64,000 nt of DNA. Origin: an uncultured Eubacteriales bacterium. Its GTDB lineage: Bacteria > Bacillota > Clostridia > Oscillospirales > Acutalibacteraceae. This document shows, piece by piece, positions 9,011-18,455 of the stretch (position 1 is its first letter; each line of letters starts with the position of its first letter). A program made the translations under genes and the position numbers. The DNA is taken from contig ONDU01000009.1 in NCBI GenBank assembly GCA_900316615.1, positions 2,408-66,407 on the forward strand, written 5' to 3'. The notes beneath the pieces were generated by a model. That model had not been told where the DNA came from. It searched no databases and saw only the letters and a list, made by a program, of their open reading frames with translations.

Positions 9011-9724
9011 TTACTCAGCCCACGGCGGAACGGTACTTACCTTTTCAGATGTCAGAAATTCTACGGAGCGTTCTATAGCGTCACGGGAATTTCCCCAGTC
9101 CTGTCCGTTTGCACGGTAGTCGAACATTGTGCAGAAATGAGCAACATCACCCTTCAGGCTTTCAAGATAGCCTCCTGCAAGCTTTGCGGTTGCCTTGTAG
9201 AAGTCGGGCAGATTTTTTGAGCTTACTCCGTGCTTCGACATAGCCGCTTTCATAAGCATTGTATAGTGCTTCATACATATGAAGGGCTGCTGTGAATAAA
9301 GCTTTTTGAAATCCTCGTCATTTTCCCACGTTTTAAAAATGCTTTCCATAAGGTGCTTCATACCCCATGACATTTTATTGCATACATAACAGCTTTCCTG
9401 AAGCTCCTCAAGCCTTGCAAGCGTTTTCTTGTCGGGCTTTCCCTTTACGTCCTTGGGGATAAGCTCATTCATTACCGTTTCAAGGTGAGTATCAAGAAGC
9501 AGTGCGTTCGGCAGACGCTTTCCGTAATGAACCATCATATTGAGATGCCTGTGACAGAACCCCATTTTGTTTGTATCAACACGTATATCAGGCTCCATCA
9601 TAGCCGCACCCGTTATGTACTGTACATAGTTTTTCTCCAGCATAGCCGACATACGGCATATGGGACAGCCGTCCCTCGGTGCAAAAACATCATTTATCGG
9701 TATTGTACATATGTTTTCTTTCAT
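9011..9724 (-). CDS. Cys-rich hypothetical protein (CPIC...CHRH...CYVC...C motifs; DUF6062-like from memory)
   Basis: The 237-aa ORF has good coding appearance. The family assignment is tentative. Confidence 0.5.
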   Translation of the reverse strand: MKENICTIPINDVFAPRDGCPICRMSAMLEKNYVQYITGAAMMEPDIRVDTNKMGFCHRHLNMMVHYGKRLPNALLLDTHLETVMNELIPKDVKGKPDKKTLARLEELQESCYVCNKMSWGMKHLMESIFKTWENDEDFKKLYSQQPFICMKHYTMLMKAAMSKHGVSSKNLPDFYKATAKLAGGYLESLKGDVAHFCTMFDYRANGQDWGNSRDAIERSVEFLTSEKVSTVPPWAE

Positions 9725-9748
9725 AATTACCCTCTTTTCTTAAAAAAA

Positions 9749-10537
9749 CTACTTCTTTTCCTTTTTTCTTTTATTTTTTATAAAACGCCTTTTTATAAAA
9801 TATCCGATTCCCATATCCAGCAGGTCATAGCTGAAAAACTCATATTTCCGCACAACTCCCTGTCCGAACTTTCCCAGAAATTTATATATTTTCGGATTAC
9901 GCATAAATCTCTTGAAAGCATTTTCCTTTCCGAGCTTGAACTCCATTTTATCATCAAGCCAAGAATTTGTAGCATAATGCTTCATAATCTCGCTGTACTC
10001 GCCCATACTCAGAAAATACGTCCCGTCTATAAGCTGCGACCTGTTGTTCCATATCAAGGTGGGATACTCGCTTTCAAGCACGGGCATATTCAGGGTAGTG
10101 TTAAGCTGCTTGAAGCCTCCCTCAAAGGTAAGTCCCTCATAGCATTTCATAAATTTATCAAGAAGCTCATCGTCACTCATACAGCCGAAAAACAAGCCTG
10201 TTGCAATTCGTCTTTCAGTTTCAAACGCAAGCACTCTTTTATAATCAAGATACTTGTCCAACGCTCCCTCCGTAAGTATTTCAACATCTGTGTCAATATA
10301 GAAGCCGCCGTACTTCTTCAGAGCAACAAGCCTTGCAACATCGGAAACAAACGCCCATTTTTTATTTTCATACGCTCCTCTTGTAAACTCACACATATTA
10401 ACGTCAAAGTTCGTTTCGTTCCATTCCATAAACTCATAGCCGGGACAGTTCCTTTTCCACGTCTCCATACACTTTTTTATAATGTCGGACTTTTCACCTT
10501 TTCCGAACCAGCAGTAATGAACAATCTTAGGTATCAT
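9749..10537 (-). CDS. glycosyltransferase, GT32-like (DXD)
   Basis: IPKIVHYCWFG...FVSDVARLVALKKYGGFYIDTDVE is typical of the Gly_transf_sug/GT32 family. Confidence 0.7.
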   Translation of the reverse strand: MIPKIVHYCWFGKGEKSDIIKKCMETWKRNCPGYEFMEWNETNFDVNMCEFTRGAYENKKWAFVSDVARLVALKKYGGFYIDTDVEILTEGALDKYLDYKRVLAFETERRIATGLFFGCMSDDELLDKFMKCYEGLTFEGGFKQLNTTLNMPVLESEYPTLIWNNRSQLIDGTYFLSMGEYSEIMKHYATNSWLDDKMEFKLGKENAFKRFMRNPKIYKFLGKFGQGVVRKYEFFSYDLLDMGIGYFIKRRFIKNKRKKEKK

Positions 10538-10728
10538 TTTTATAACCTCACTAAACTAAATTCTTTCTCATTCCTTAAATAAATCCGTTCTTATTGTAGC
10601 ATAAAAAAAATAAATATGGTATATTATTTTCAAAAGATTTATTTTTATTTTTTCTCCAAACAAAATACCCTAAAATATATCACAAATTTATGTTAATATA
10701 TAAGCAAGAGTGAAAACAAAGTCAAAGG

Positions 10729-10757
10729 TTGACAATTACGGCAATATAGTAGATAAT
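10729..10757 (+). promoter_or_regulatory. sigma-A promoter TTGACA-17-GATAAT upstream of rsmD
   Basis: ttgaca is at 10729-10734, the spacer is 17 nt and gataat is at 10752-10757. Confidence 0.6.
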
Positions 10758-10801
10758 GTAATTACTCCGCTGAACGCTTTTATAAAGGAGAGTATAATTT
10801 T

Positions 10802-11350
10802 ATGAGAGTGATAACAGGAAGTGCAAGAGGACGGCGGCTCAAGGCTCTTGAGGGACAGGACGTAAGACCGACTACGGAAAGAGTAAAGGAAGCTGTTTTC
10901 AGCATAATACAGTTTGAGATTGAGGGACGAAGCTTTCTTGACCTGTTCGCAGGCTCGGGACAGATGGGAATAGAGGCACTGAGCAGAGGTGCTGCAAAAT
11001 CCGTATTCATAGACGAAAAAAAAGCCTGCATTGATATTATAAAACAGAATCTCATACATACAGGACTTTCCGACAGGGCTGTGGTTATAAACACAAGCTC
11101 GCTGTCATTCGCAAAACGTCAGACAGGCGGCAGTTTCGATATAGCTTTCCTTGACCCGCCTTATAAAACAGGTATTCTTCAGGAAATACTGCCGTTTGTT
11201 GAAGATAAAATGAAAAAAACAGGTATAATTATATGCGAAAGTCCCGTTGATGATGAAATACCTGAAAAAATTAATGATTTTGTACTTGACAGAAATTATC
11301 GTTATGGTAAAATTATGATAAGTACGTATCGCTGTGAGAGTGAGGACTGA
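10802..11350 (+). CDS. rsmD: 16S rRNA (guanine966-N2)-methyltransferase
   Basis: MRVITGSARGRRL...RPTTERVKEAVF...DLFAGSG...FLDPPY matches RsmD. Confidence 0.85.
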   Translation: MRVITGSARGRRLKALEGQDVRPTTERVKEAVFSIIQFEIEGRSFLDLFAGSGQMGIEALSRGAAKSVFIDEKKACIDIIKQNLIHTGLSDRAVVINTSSLSFAKRQTGGSFDIAFLDPPYKTGILQEILPFVEDKMKKTGIIICESPVDDEIPEKINDFVLDRNYRYGKIMISTYRCESED

Positions 11351-11352
11351 TA

Positions 11353-11841
11353 ATGAACAGAACGGTAATTTGTCCCGGAAGCTTCGACCCCGTTACGTTG
11401 GGACATATAGATATAATAGGTCGTGCTGCCGCTATGTTTGACAGGGTTATTGTTGCCGTTTTGATAAATTCAGCTAAAAAGCCCGTCTTCACGGTAGACG
11501 AACGTATAAGACTTCTGGAAAAGGCACTTGTCGGACTTGATAATGTCGAAATACGCAGCTTCGACGGACTTCTTGCAGAGTATGCAAGGAAAACCGGTGC
11601 CGATGCCGTTGTAAGAGGGTTGAGGGCAGTTTCCGACTTTGAATACGAATTTCAGATGTCACTTACAAACAAGAAGCTTAATCCGGAGCTTGAAACAATC
11701 TTTTTAACATCACGGGCGGAATATATGTTTCTCAGTTCGAGCATTGTAAAGCAGATTGCTGTTCTGAACGGTGATATTACAAATTTTGTTCCGGAATGTA
11801 TCCATGATGAAATAAAAAACAGACTTGCAGGAAATATCTGA
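11353..11841 (+). CDS. coaD: phosphopantetheine adenylyltransferase
   Basis: CPGSFDPVTLGHIDII and the ISSS motif are present in a 162-aa ORF. Confidence 0.95.
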   Translation: MNRTVICPGSFDPVTLGHIDIIGRAAAMFDRVIVAVLINSAKKPVFTVDERIRLLEKALVGLDNVEIRSFDGLLAEYARKTGADAVVRGLRAVSDFEYEFQMSLTNKKLNPELETIFLTSRAEYMFLSSSIVKQIAVLNGDITNFVPECIHDEIKNRLAGNI

Positions 11842-11913
11842 TATTTGTCCAAGTAAGACTTTTTCTGAAAGGTCAAGTGTTTCTTATATTTAAAAGTCAA
11901 AACAGAAGGATGG

Positions 11914-12420
11914 TTGAAAATGAAAGTTGAAGATTTGTTGCAGGAATTAAGAGAATTAGTTGAAGACGCTAAGGTTCTGCCGCTTTCAGGCGGAAAATGC
12001 CTTATAGATGCTGAAAGCATAAAAGAACTGCTGGACGATATTGACGATACTCTTCCGCAGGAAGTAAGACAGGCAAAGGCTATAGTTGCCGACAGACAGA
12101 AGATTATGGCTGATGCTAAGGCTGAAGCTGAAAATATCATACGTTCTGCCGAGGACAAGAAAAAATCCCTCGTTACACAGAACGAAATCGTAAGACAGGC
12201 TCAGGCTGAGGCAAATGAGATTATCTCGGACGCAAAGAGCAAGTCAAGAGATATGCGTATGGCTGTTAACGACTATGTTGAGGATATTCTCAGAAATTCC
12301 GAGGAGCTTCTCACAAATCAGGTTAACGCTCTTAAAAAGACACGTCAGAACATAAAGGCAAGCCACAAGCAGGCTACACCCCCTCCCGTTCAGAAGCCTG
12401 TCACTCCCGGTCAGGATTAA
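11914..12420 (+). CDS. coiled-coil protein (ATP synthase b/E-like helical protein, function unknown)
   Basis: The 168-aa ORF is highly charged with heptad character (QAKAIVADRQKIMADAKAEAENII). The product is uncertain. Confidence 0.4.
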   Translation: MKMKVEDLLQELRELVEDAKVLPLSGGKCLIDAESIKELLDDIDDTLPQEVRQAKAIVADRQKIMADAKAEAENIIRSAEDKKKSLVTQNEIVRQAQAEANEIISDAKSKSRDMRMAVNDYVEDILRNSEELLTNQVNALKKTRQNIKASHKQATPPPVQKPVTPGQD

Positions 12421-12441
12421 TAAAGCTCTTTTACATACTGT

Positions 12442-12486
12442 AAGGGCATACATAAACCGAAGCGGTTATGTATGCCCTTACTTTTG
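12442..12486 (+). terminator. Intrinsic terminator
   Basis: The aagggcatacataaaccg / cggttatgtatgccctt stem is followed by cttttg. Confidence 0.7.
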
Positions 12487-12582
12487 AATTATTAAATCTT
12501 TCTTAAATACTATAGACAATGAATTTCTCTGACGCTATAATTATATTGTATTGCCAATATTTTTCAGAGGTTGTGTTGTGCT

Positions 12583-13524
12583 ATGATGAGATTGTTCCGG
12601 ACAGATGACAGCATTATATATGAAGCAGACAATATTTCAGAGGGAGTATGGATTGAGCTTTCATCTCCCGACAATGACGAAATAACTCAGGTAATTTCAT
12701 CGCTGAAATTAAACCGTGAGGATTTGATGGCAGCTATCGACCTTGAGGAAAAGAACCGTATAGAAATACACGATAACTATACACTTATACTCGTGGATAT
12801 TCCCGCCAAGGAAACACGTCACCAGCAGGAAAGCTATACAACTATCCCTCTCGGTATAATAATAACCGAAAACAATATCGTAACCGTATGCTCTCAGGAA
12901 ACATCTGTATTAGGTTATTTCAGACAGAACCGTATGAAAGATTTCTCCACAAAGAAAAAGCTGCGTTTTGTATATCAGATTATGTTCAGAACATCACTTC
13001 TCTATCAGCAGGCTTTGACAGACATTGACGGCAAGCGTACCGAATTTGAAGAAAATATAGAAAACATAACCAGTGAACAGGATTTGATAAGCCTCCACGA
13101 GCTGGAATCCACCCTTGTGTACTTCTTAACCTCACTCAGAGGCAACTACAACGTCCTCAACCGTCTGGAACGCTACAGCCGAATACAGCGTTATCCCGAG
13201 GACAGGGAGCTTCTCGATGATGTAATCATAGAAAATCAGCAGGCTATAGAAATGGCTCAGATATACAGGGATATTATAGACAGTACCCGTGAGCTTATGT
13301 CCTCTATGATAGACTCCAAGCTGAACAATGTAATGAAACGGCTCACGTCCATAACCCTCATACTTTCCATACCCACAATCATTTCAGGACTTTACGGAAT
13401 GAACGTAGACCAAAACTGGATGCCTCTTGCCTATACTCCGCACGGCTTCGGTATTATAAGCATACTCACCGCCACAATATGCGTTGTTCTTATTATCTAC
13501 CTCAGAAAAAAAAGAATGCTCTGA
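12583..13524 (+). CDS. corA: CorA-family magnesium transporter
   Basis: The YGMN motif (LYGMNV) is followed by two C-terminal TM helices. The start is set at ATG 12583; the track offers TTG 12571. Confidence 0.85.
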   Translation: MMRLFRTDDSIIYEADNISEGVWIELSSPDNDEITQVISSLKLNREDLMAAIDLEEKNRIEIHDNYTLILVDIPAKETRHQQESYTTIPLGIIITENNIVTVCSQETSVLGYFRQNRMKDFSTKKKLRFVYQIMFRTSLLYQQALTDIDGKRTEFEENIENITSEQDLISLHELESTLVYFLTSLRGNYNVLNRLERYSRIQRYPEDRELLDDVIIENQQAIEMAQIYRDIIDSTRELMSSMIDSKLNNVMKRLTSITLILSIPTIISGLYGMNVDQNWMPLAYTPHGFGIISILTATICVVLIIYLRKKRML

Positions 13525-13544
13525 CCCTGACATACATAACCTTT

Positions 13545-13625
13545 AAGTTTAGGTCAAGCCTTTTCAAAGGCTTGCGGGTCGAGGGCAGAGCCCTCGTCAG
13601 GATTTTAAAGGGCGAAGCCCTTTAA
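13545..13625. repeat. Family-B stacked-hairpin repeat, copy B2 (forward)
   Basis: It starts 21 nt after the corA stop and has the same module order as B1. Confidence 0.9.
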
Positions 13626-13643
13626 CTCTCAATATTTCAAAAC

Positions 13644-13671
13644 AAAAATGCCGCATAAAAGCGGCATTTTT
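13644..13671. terminator. Bidirectional terminator between convergent genes
   Basis: The structure is aaaaatgccgc-ataaaa-gcggcattttt. Confidence 0.7.
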
Positions 13672-13679
13672 AGTATTCG

Positions 13680-14402
13680 TTACTTGTCAAGAATTGATTT
13701 GTCAAATACCTTTCTGAATATCAGGCTTCCGTCTGCATTGGTATACTGCATTACCAGTTTGGGATTATCCAGTTTAACGTACTGCACCATAAGCTTCATA
13801 AGCGGTTTAAGCTTATCTATGGTTGCACTGTCCTCAAAGCTTTTTTCGGCTACATCTTTGGAAATCTCAAGGCTTTCGGCGGGTATCTGCTCCTTGAACT
13901 TGTAATCGTAAATGATTGCATCTCTTTCAACGGTTATGTCAAGGGTGAACTCAGACGAGCTGTTATTGATGCTTTCCTCCGTTTTCTCAAGCATAGCTTT
14001 CATTGCGGCACTTCCGAACAGCTCCTCTACAGTAGCATAAAGCTTTGTGCCTGATGCAGTATCGCCTGACGTACCGCTGCTTACTGACGATGAGCTTGCC
14101 TTACTGTCGGAGCCTGCCTTACTGTCGGAGCCTGCCTTACTGCTGTCTGAAGATGAGCTGCTGTCCGAATAAGAACCCGATGAGGACGAATTATCCGTGT
14201 ATGAGCTGCTGTCATCTGAAGAAACGCCGCTCTCCGTATTATCCGAAACGCTTCCTGATGAATCCAAAACAGATGAGGACGATTCCGGATTCTTTGTTTT
14301 TTCAAGCTTGTTCATAAAGTCCATAAATCCGCAGGACGTAAGCGACAGCACACACGAGGCTGCTATTGCAGCGGCTATAACAGACTTAAATAATCTTTTC
14401 AT
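13680..14402 (-). CDS. Ser-rich lipoprotein
   Basis: The signal peptide has a lipobox (LSLTSCG). A poly-Ser/Asp linker precedes a folded C-terminal domain. Confidence 0.7.
   Translation of the reverse strand: MKRLFKSVIAAAIAASCVLSLTSCGFMDFMNKLEKTKNPESSSSVLDSSGSVSDNTESGVSSDDSSSYTDNSSSSGSYSDSSSSSDSSKAGSDSKAGSDSKASSSSVSSGTSGDTASGTKLYATVEELFGSAAMKAMLEKTEESINNSSSEFTLDITVERDAIIYDYKFKEQIPAESLEISKDVAEKSFEDSATIDKLKPLMKLMVQYVKLDNPKLVMQYTNADGSLIFRKVFDKSILDK
14098..14142 (-). repeat. 18-bp in-frame tandem repeat (2.5 copies) in the Ser-rich linker
   Basis: gccttactgtcggagcct is repeated and encodes SKAGSD units. Confidence 0.8.
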
Positions 14403-14651
14403 ACTTTCCCTCCTTTCAAAAAATGTTTTTTCAATACAAGCCTAATATATCATTTTTATCTTACTATGTCAACAAATAATTATATTCTATATAATTTTAT
14501 TCGCATAAAGAATAATTTTATTATTGCAGCGGTTTAAGATAAAATCAAGATATTAAATAAAAAATAATGTTTTCGATTGCATTATTTGTATAATATATGC
14601 TATAATTCATATTAGTATATAGAATAAAAAATTTTAAGGAGGAAAATGTTT

Positions 14652-16034
14652 ATGAGAATATTGATTTTATCTGCATCAACGGGCGGAGGACATATGAGAA
14701 CCGCCAACGCTATGAAAAAGTACATAGAAGAGAACAGACCTGATGATGTTGTTCAGGTTGTAGATACACTTGAGCGTGTGGGACATCTTTATAACAAGAC
14801 CGTTTCAGAGGGCTATGAGCTGATGGTAAAGGCAGCTCCCAAATTTTTCGGCACCGTATACAACCAGACAAACAAGGAAACGCCGATGAATAACTGGGCG
14901 ACAAAATTCCAGCACATTCTCTCCAAAAGACTTCTTCCCCTTATGGTTGAGTTCCGACCTGACGTTATGATATGCGTACACGCATTTTGTGCCGATATGG
15001 CGTCATGCCTTAAAATGAAATACAAAATGGACGTGCCTATAATATGCCTGATTACGGATTTTGCAATACATAAAATGTACGTGCAGAGAGGTATTGACGC
15101 TTATGTTGTATCAAATCAGGAAATGGTCTATGCACTGGAGGCATTCGGAGTTGACCCCCATACGGTGCAGGTAAGCGGAATACCCATAGACCCCGTTTTC
15201 TACAATCCGCAGAACCGTGTTCAGCTTATGAAAAAAATGAATCTCGACCCGAATTTAAGCACACTCCTTTTAATGGCGGGAAGCTTCGGCGTAAAGGACA
15301 TATTCAAAATATACCGTGAAATAGTTGAAACGGAAGCGGATTTTCAGATTATCGTAATAACGGGAAAAAACAAAAAGCTTTTTGAAGCCTTCAGCAAAAT
15401 GCTCGACAAGGACGCAAGCTACGTTGAGGCAATAGCGGAGGTACCAGAGGAAAACACCGAAATTGAGCTTGAGGAGGAGCTTGAGGAGCTTGATTTGTAC
15501 AATCTTACGGAGGAGGAGGCGGAGCTGCCGGAGGAAGCTGTCAGCACCGAGGATACAAAGGAAACGACCTACGGCGAGATAAACAGGGTATATTCGGGCA
15601 AGTACGGCAAAAAGCCTACGAAGCTTCTCTACTTTGTAAACAACATACACGAGTATATGTATATATCCGACCTTATCATCACAAAGCCGGGCGGACTTAC
15701 CGTAAGCGAGGCTATAGCCTCAACACTGCCTATGGCTATTTTCAGTGCATTTCCCGGTCAGGAGGAGGATAATGCAGAATACCTCCAGCGTAACAATATG
15801 GCTGTACGTCTTCCCAAAAAGAACCCCGGAAAGACTGTTCACAATCTGCTGCTTAATACTGAAAAAATGGCTGCCATGAAAGAAGCGTGCCGCCGTAACT
15901 ATCGTGAAAACTCCGCAGGGAAAATCTTTGAGCTTGCCGACAGGCTTGTAAAATCATACAGAATAAAGAATAAGACCTATGACGCAGAGGAAGTATCTGA
16001 AATGCTGATTAAAAATAATTTTTCGGGGGCGTGA
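14652..16034 (+). CDS. MGDG-synthase/UgtP-like diacylglycerol glycosyltransferase (GT28)
   Basis: ILILSASTGGGHMRTANA is the N-terminal signature. The start is set at the second ATG, 9 nt after the AGGAGG RBS. An acidic insertion of about 65 aa is present. Confidence 0.8.
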   Translation: MRILILSASTGGGHMRTANAMKKYIEENRPDDVVQVVDTLERVGHLYNKTVSEGYELMVKAAPKFFGTVYNQTNKETPMNNWATKFQHILSKRLLPLMVEFRPDVMICVHAFCADMASCLKMKYKMDVPIICLITDFAIHKMYVQRGIDAYVVSNQEMVYALEAFGVDPHTVQVSGIPIDPVFYNPQNRVQLMKKMNLDPNLSTLLLMAGSFGVKDIFKIYREIVETEADFQIIVITGKNKKLFEAFSKMLDKDASYVEAIAEVPEENTEIELEEELEELDLYNLTEEEAELPEEAVSTEDTKETTYGEINRVYSGKYGKKPTKLLYFVNNIHEYMYISDLIITKPGGLTVSEAIASTLPMAIFSAFPGQEEDNAEYLQRNNMAVRLPKKNPGKTVHNLLLNTEKMAAMKEACRRNYRENSAGKIFELADRLVKSYRIKNKTYDAEEVSEMLIKNNFSGA

Positions 16035-16037
16035 TAT

Positions 16038-17342
16038 ATGAAAAACCGTATTGTCAGAATATTATTTGTTTTCCTTACGGCGTTCACCGTCTTGTGCAGC
16101 TCCTCGTGCGGCTCGTCTCAGAACGATGAAAACAGAGTAAGGGACAGCGATAATCTTCTTGCGAGCGTCCAGAAAAGCTCCAATGCTCCCGTATATGATT
16201 TCAGGAAAACAACCTCACAGCCCGAGGAATATACGGCATATTCGGGCAAATGCTGCGAGCTTGCACTGAATATGCTTATGTCGGATAACTACTATAAGGA
16301 AAATACCGCTTATGCTCCTTTATCCGTATCGCTCACGCTTTCGGCTTTTGAAAACGGTGCTTCTCATAAATCACTCAGCGAAATAAAAAATCTTGTCGGA
16401 AAGCCCAACTACAGCACAGACGCTGTAAACAAATGCAGCTCCTATATTTCACAGAGAACACAGTTCCTCAATTCTGAGGACGCAGGAGTTTTCAACATCT
16501 GCTCAATGTGGGTATCGGATAAGCTGTCTCCTAAAAGGAGCTTTCTGCAAAAATACGACAATTTCTACAGCATATACGCATACAGCACGGATTTCTCAAA
16601 AAGCAACGTAAACACGATAATTTCAAACCTTATGGCAGATAATTCAAAATCACTGCTTCCCGTGGGGGATATAACCACACGGTCTGATTACCGCCTTTAT
16701 ATGGACTGCTCCGCAGCAGTAAGCGATGTATGGCTTACTCCGTACACTGAAAGCAGCATCAAAAAGGGAAAATTTGAAGCCTACGGCGGAAAAGCGACAG
16801 ACGCAGTATATATCGAAAGCCTTGAGAGAGCCTTTGAAACGACCTCAGCCAAGGGCTTCGTAAAGGATTTGAAGAATACTCCCTGCAAAATGGTCTTTAT
16901 TCTTCCCAACAGCAATCAAAGCCTTGAGGCTTACGTAAAATCGCTGACCTATGACAAGCTTGTAAGTATGCCCGAAAGCGTTTCCGCAACCGAATTTTCA
17001 AAAGTAAGCATACCCGAATTTTCCGTCAGCAAAAACGCAAGCTTGAAGAATACTCTGGGAAAGCTTGGGGTAAAGAGTATTTTTTCAGAGGAAGCGGATA
17101 TTTCAAAGGGCTTTTCCGAAAACGTGTATGTTGATGATATTACGCAGTCTGTAAGCATAACCGTAAACCATAACGGCATTTCGGCAGACAAAAGCAATTC
17201 GGCAGGCAACGGCGGCAGCGAAAACAACGTTCAGCCTCAAGCAAAGGATAATATAGTTTTTGACAGACCTTTTATTTATGCTGTAGTTGACAACGAAAGC
17301 TATATTCCTATAATAATAGGTACTGTTACTAATCCGCAGTAA
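16038..17342 (+). CDS. serpin-family lipoprotein
   Basis: The signal peptide has a Cys lipobox (LCSSSCG). The C-terminal serpin signature FDRPFIYAVVD...IIIGTVTNP is present. Confidence 0.75.
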   Translation: MKNRIVRILFVFLTAFTVLCSSSCGSSQNDENRVRDSDNLLASVQKSSNAPVYDFRKTTSQPEEYTAYSGKCCELALNMLMSDNYYKENTAYAPLSVSLTLSAFENGASHKSLSEIKNLVGKPNYSTDAVNKCSSYISQRTQFLNSEDAGVFNICSMWVSDKLSPKRSFLQKYDNFYSIYAYSTDFSKSNVNTIISNLMADNSKSLLPVGDITTRSDYRLYMDCSAAVSDVWLTPYTESSIKKGKFEAYGGKATDAVYIESLERAFETTSAKGFVKDLKNTPCKMVFILPNSNQSLEAYVKSLTYDKLVSMPESVSATEFSKVSIPEFSVSKNASLKNTLGKLGVKSIFSEEADISKGFSENVYVDDITQSVSITVNHNGISADKSNSAGNGGSENNVQPQAKDNIVFDRPFIYAVVDNESYIPIIIGTVTNPQ

Positions 17343-17352
17343 AGGATAAATT

Positions 17353-18417
17353 ATGAAAAAAAAGATTAACTTCACTTTGATTTTCAATATAGTTGTAATC
17401 GCCATTTCAGTATCGCTTGTAGCTTACTTTTGTTTTTCTGAGGACGGTTTGGCCGACCTTATAAGGTCAAATGTACGTATGGATATATTCTGGATATTTA
17501 TGGCTGTAGTGTGCCAGCTTTCCAATATGTTCATAGACTCCGTCATAACATGGCTTTATCTTCGCAGGGGCAGTCAGCCGTTTTCTCTTCTTGACGGAAT
17601 TAAAAATTCGTGCGTCGGAAGCTTTTACAGCTGTATAACTCCGTCATCAACGGGCGGACAGCCTATGCAGATTGTTTTTCTTTCCAAAAAGCACATAGAT
17701 ATAGGCTTTGCCATGTCCTGTATGACGCAGAAATTTCTCGTATTTCAGATAACTACAACACTTGTCAGTGTTACAACTCTAATAGTAAAATTCGATTTTT
17801 TTGTAAAGCTTGTCGATAATCCGATTTTGTGGGTTTTCGTATTGCTTGGTTTTCTGTCTCAGGTAACTGTTACAAGCGGATTTCTCATTGTTTCGTTCAG
17901 CACAAGGCTTTCAAGGTGGCTGCTTAAAGTCACAGGAGCTATACTCAAAAGGTTAAAATTCGTCAAAGACCCTCAGGGAAAAATCGACCACCTGACAAAA
18001 CAGGTGGAAATGTTCCACTCTGAAAACAAGGCTCTTCTTAAACAGCCCAAGCTTCTGTTAATATCCTATATTCTTATTTTTATACAGATTATGATAATAC
18101 TTGCAGTGCCTTACTGCATATACAGAAGCTTTTGTATAAACGATGCTTCTCTGACAGATATGATGTTTTCCCAGTCGTTTGTAAATCTTGCGTCCTCACT
18201 TGTACCGCTGCCGGGAGCAACAGGTGCCGCAGAGCTTTCGTTTTCTGTATTCTACAACAGGTTCTTCGGAAAAAATATACTGAAATCCGCTCTGCTGCTT
18301 TGGAGAACAATAACATACTATTTTGTCATAATTATATGCTTTCCGTTTTCAATGCTTACCAAAACCCAAAAAACCGATACTTCTGCTGAGGAACAGAACG
18401 GAGAAGCTTCCGAATAA
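17353..18417 (+). CDS. flippase-like / LPG-synthase-TM-domain membrane protein
   Basis: The 354-aa polytopic protein resembles the UPF0104/MprF TM family. It is adjacent to glycosyltransferases. Confidence 0.6.
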   Translation: MKKKINFTLIFNIVVIAISVSLVAYFCFSEDGLADLIRSNVRMDIFWIFMAVVCQLSNMFIDSVITWLYLRRGSQPFSLLDGIKNSCVGSFYSCITPSSTGGQPMQIVFLSKKHIDIGFAMSCMTQKFLVFQITTTLVSVTTLIVKFDFFVKLVDNPILWVFVLLGFLSQVTVTSGFLIVSFSTRLSRWLLKVTGAILKRLKFVKDPQGKIDHLTKQVEMFHSENKALLKQPKLLLISYILIFIQIMIILAVPYCIYRSFCINDASLTDMMFSQSFVNLASSLVPLPGATGAAELSFSVFYNRFFGKNILKSALLLWRTITYYFVIIICFPFSMLTKTQKTDTSAEEQNGEASE

Positions 18418-18455
18418 ATTTGCATACCTGATATAAGTGTATAGGGGGAATGTTT

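Noticed and set aside
9485-10582. A 365-aa plus-strand ORF spanning the Cys-rich gene and the GT32 gene.
   Set aside because: It lies entirely antisense to two well-formed minus-strand genes. Its composition is low-complexity F/L/K-rich and it has no RBS. This is a typical shadow ORF in an AT-rich genome.
11652-12158. A 168-aa minus-strand ORF. The same applies to antisense ORFs at 25168-25617, 37098-37550, 40068-40550, 51353-51793 and 60872-61369.
   Set aside because: All are antisense to confidently identified genes (coaD/coiled-coil, pyrB, pilM, U32, DJ-1, yabE-like) and lack RBS or family signatures.
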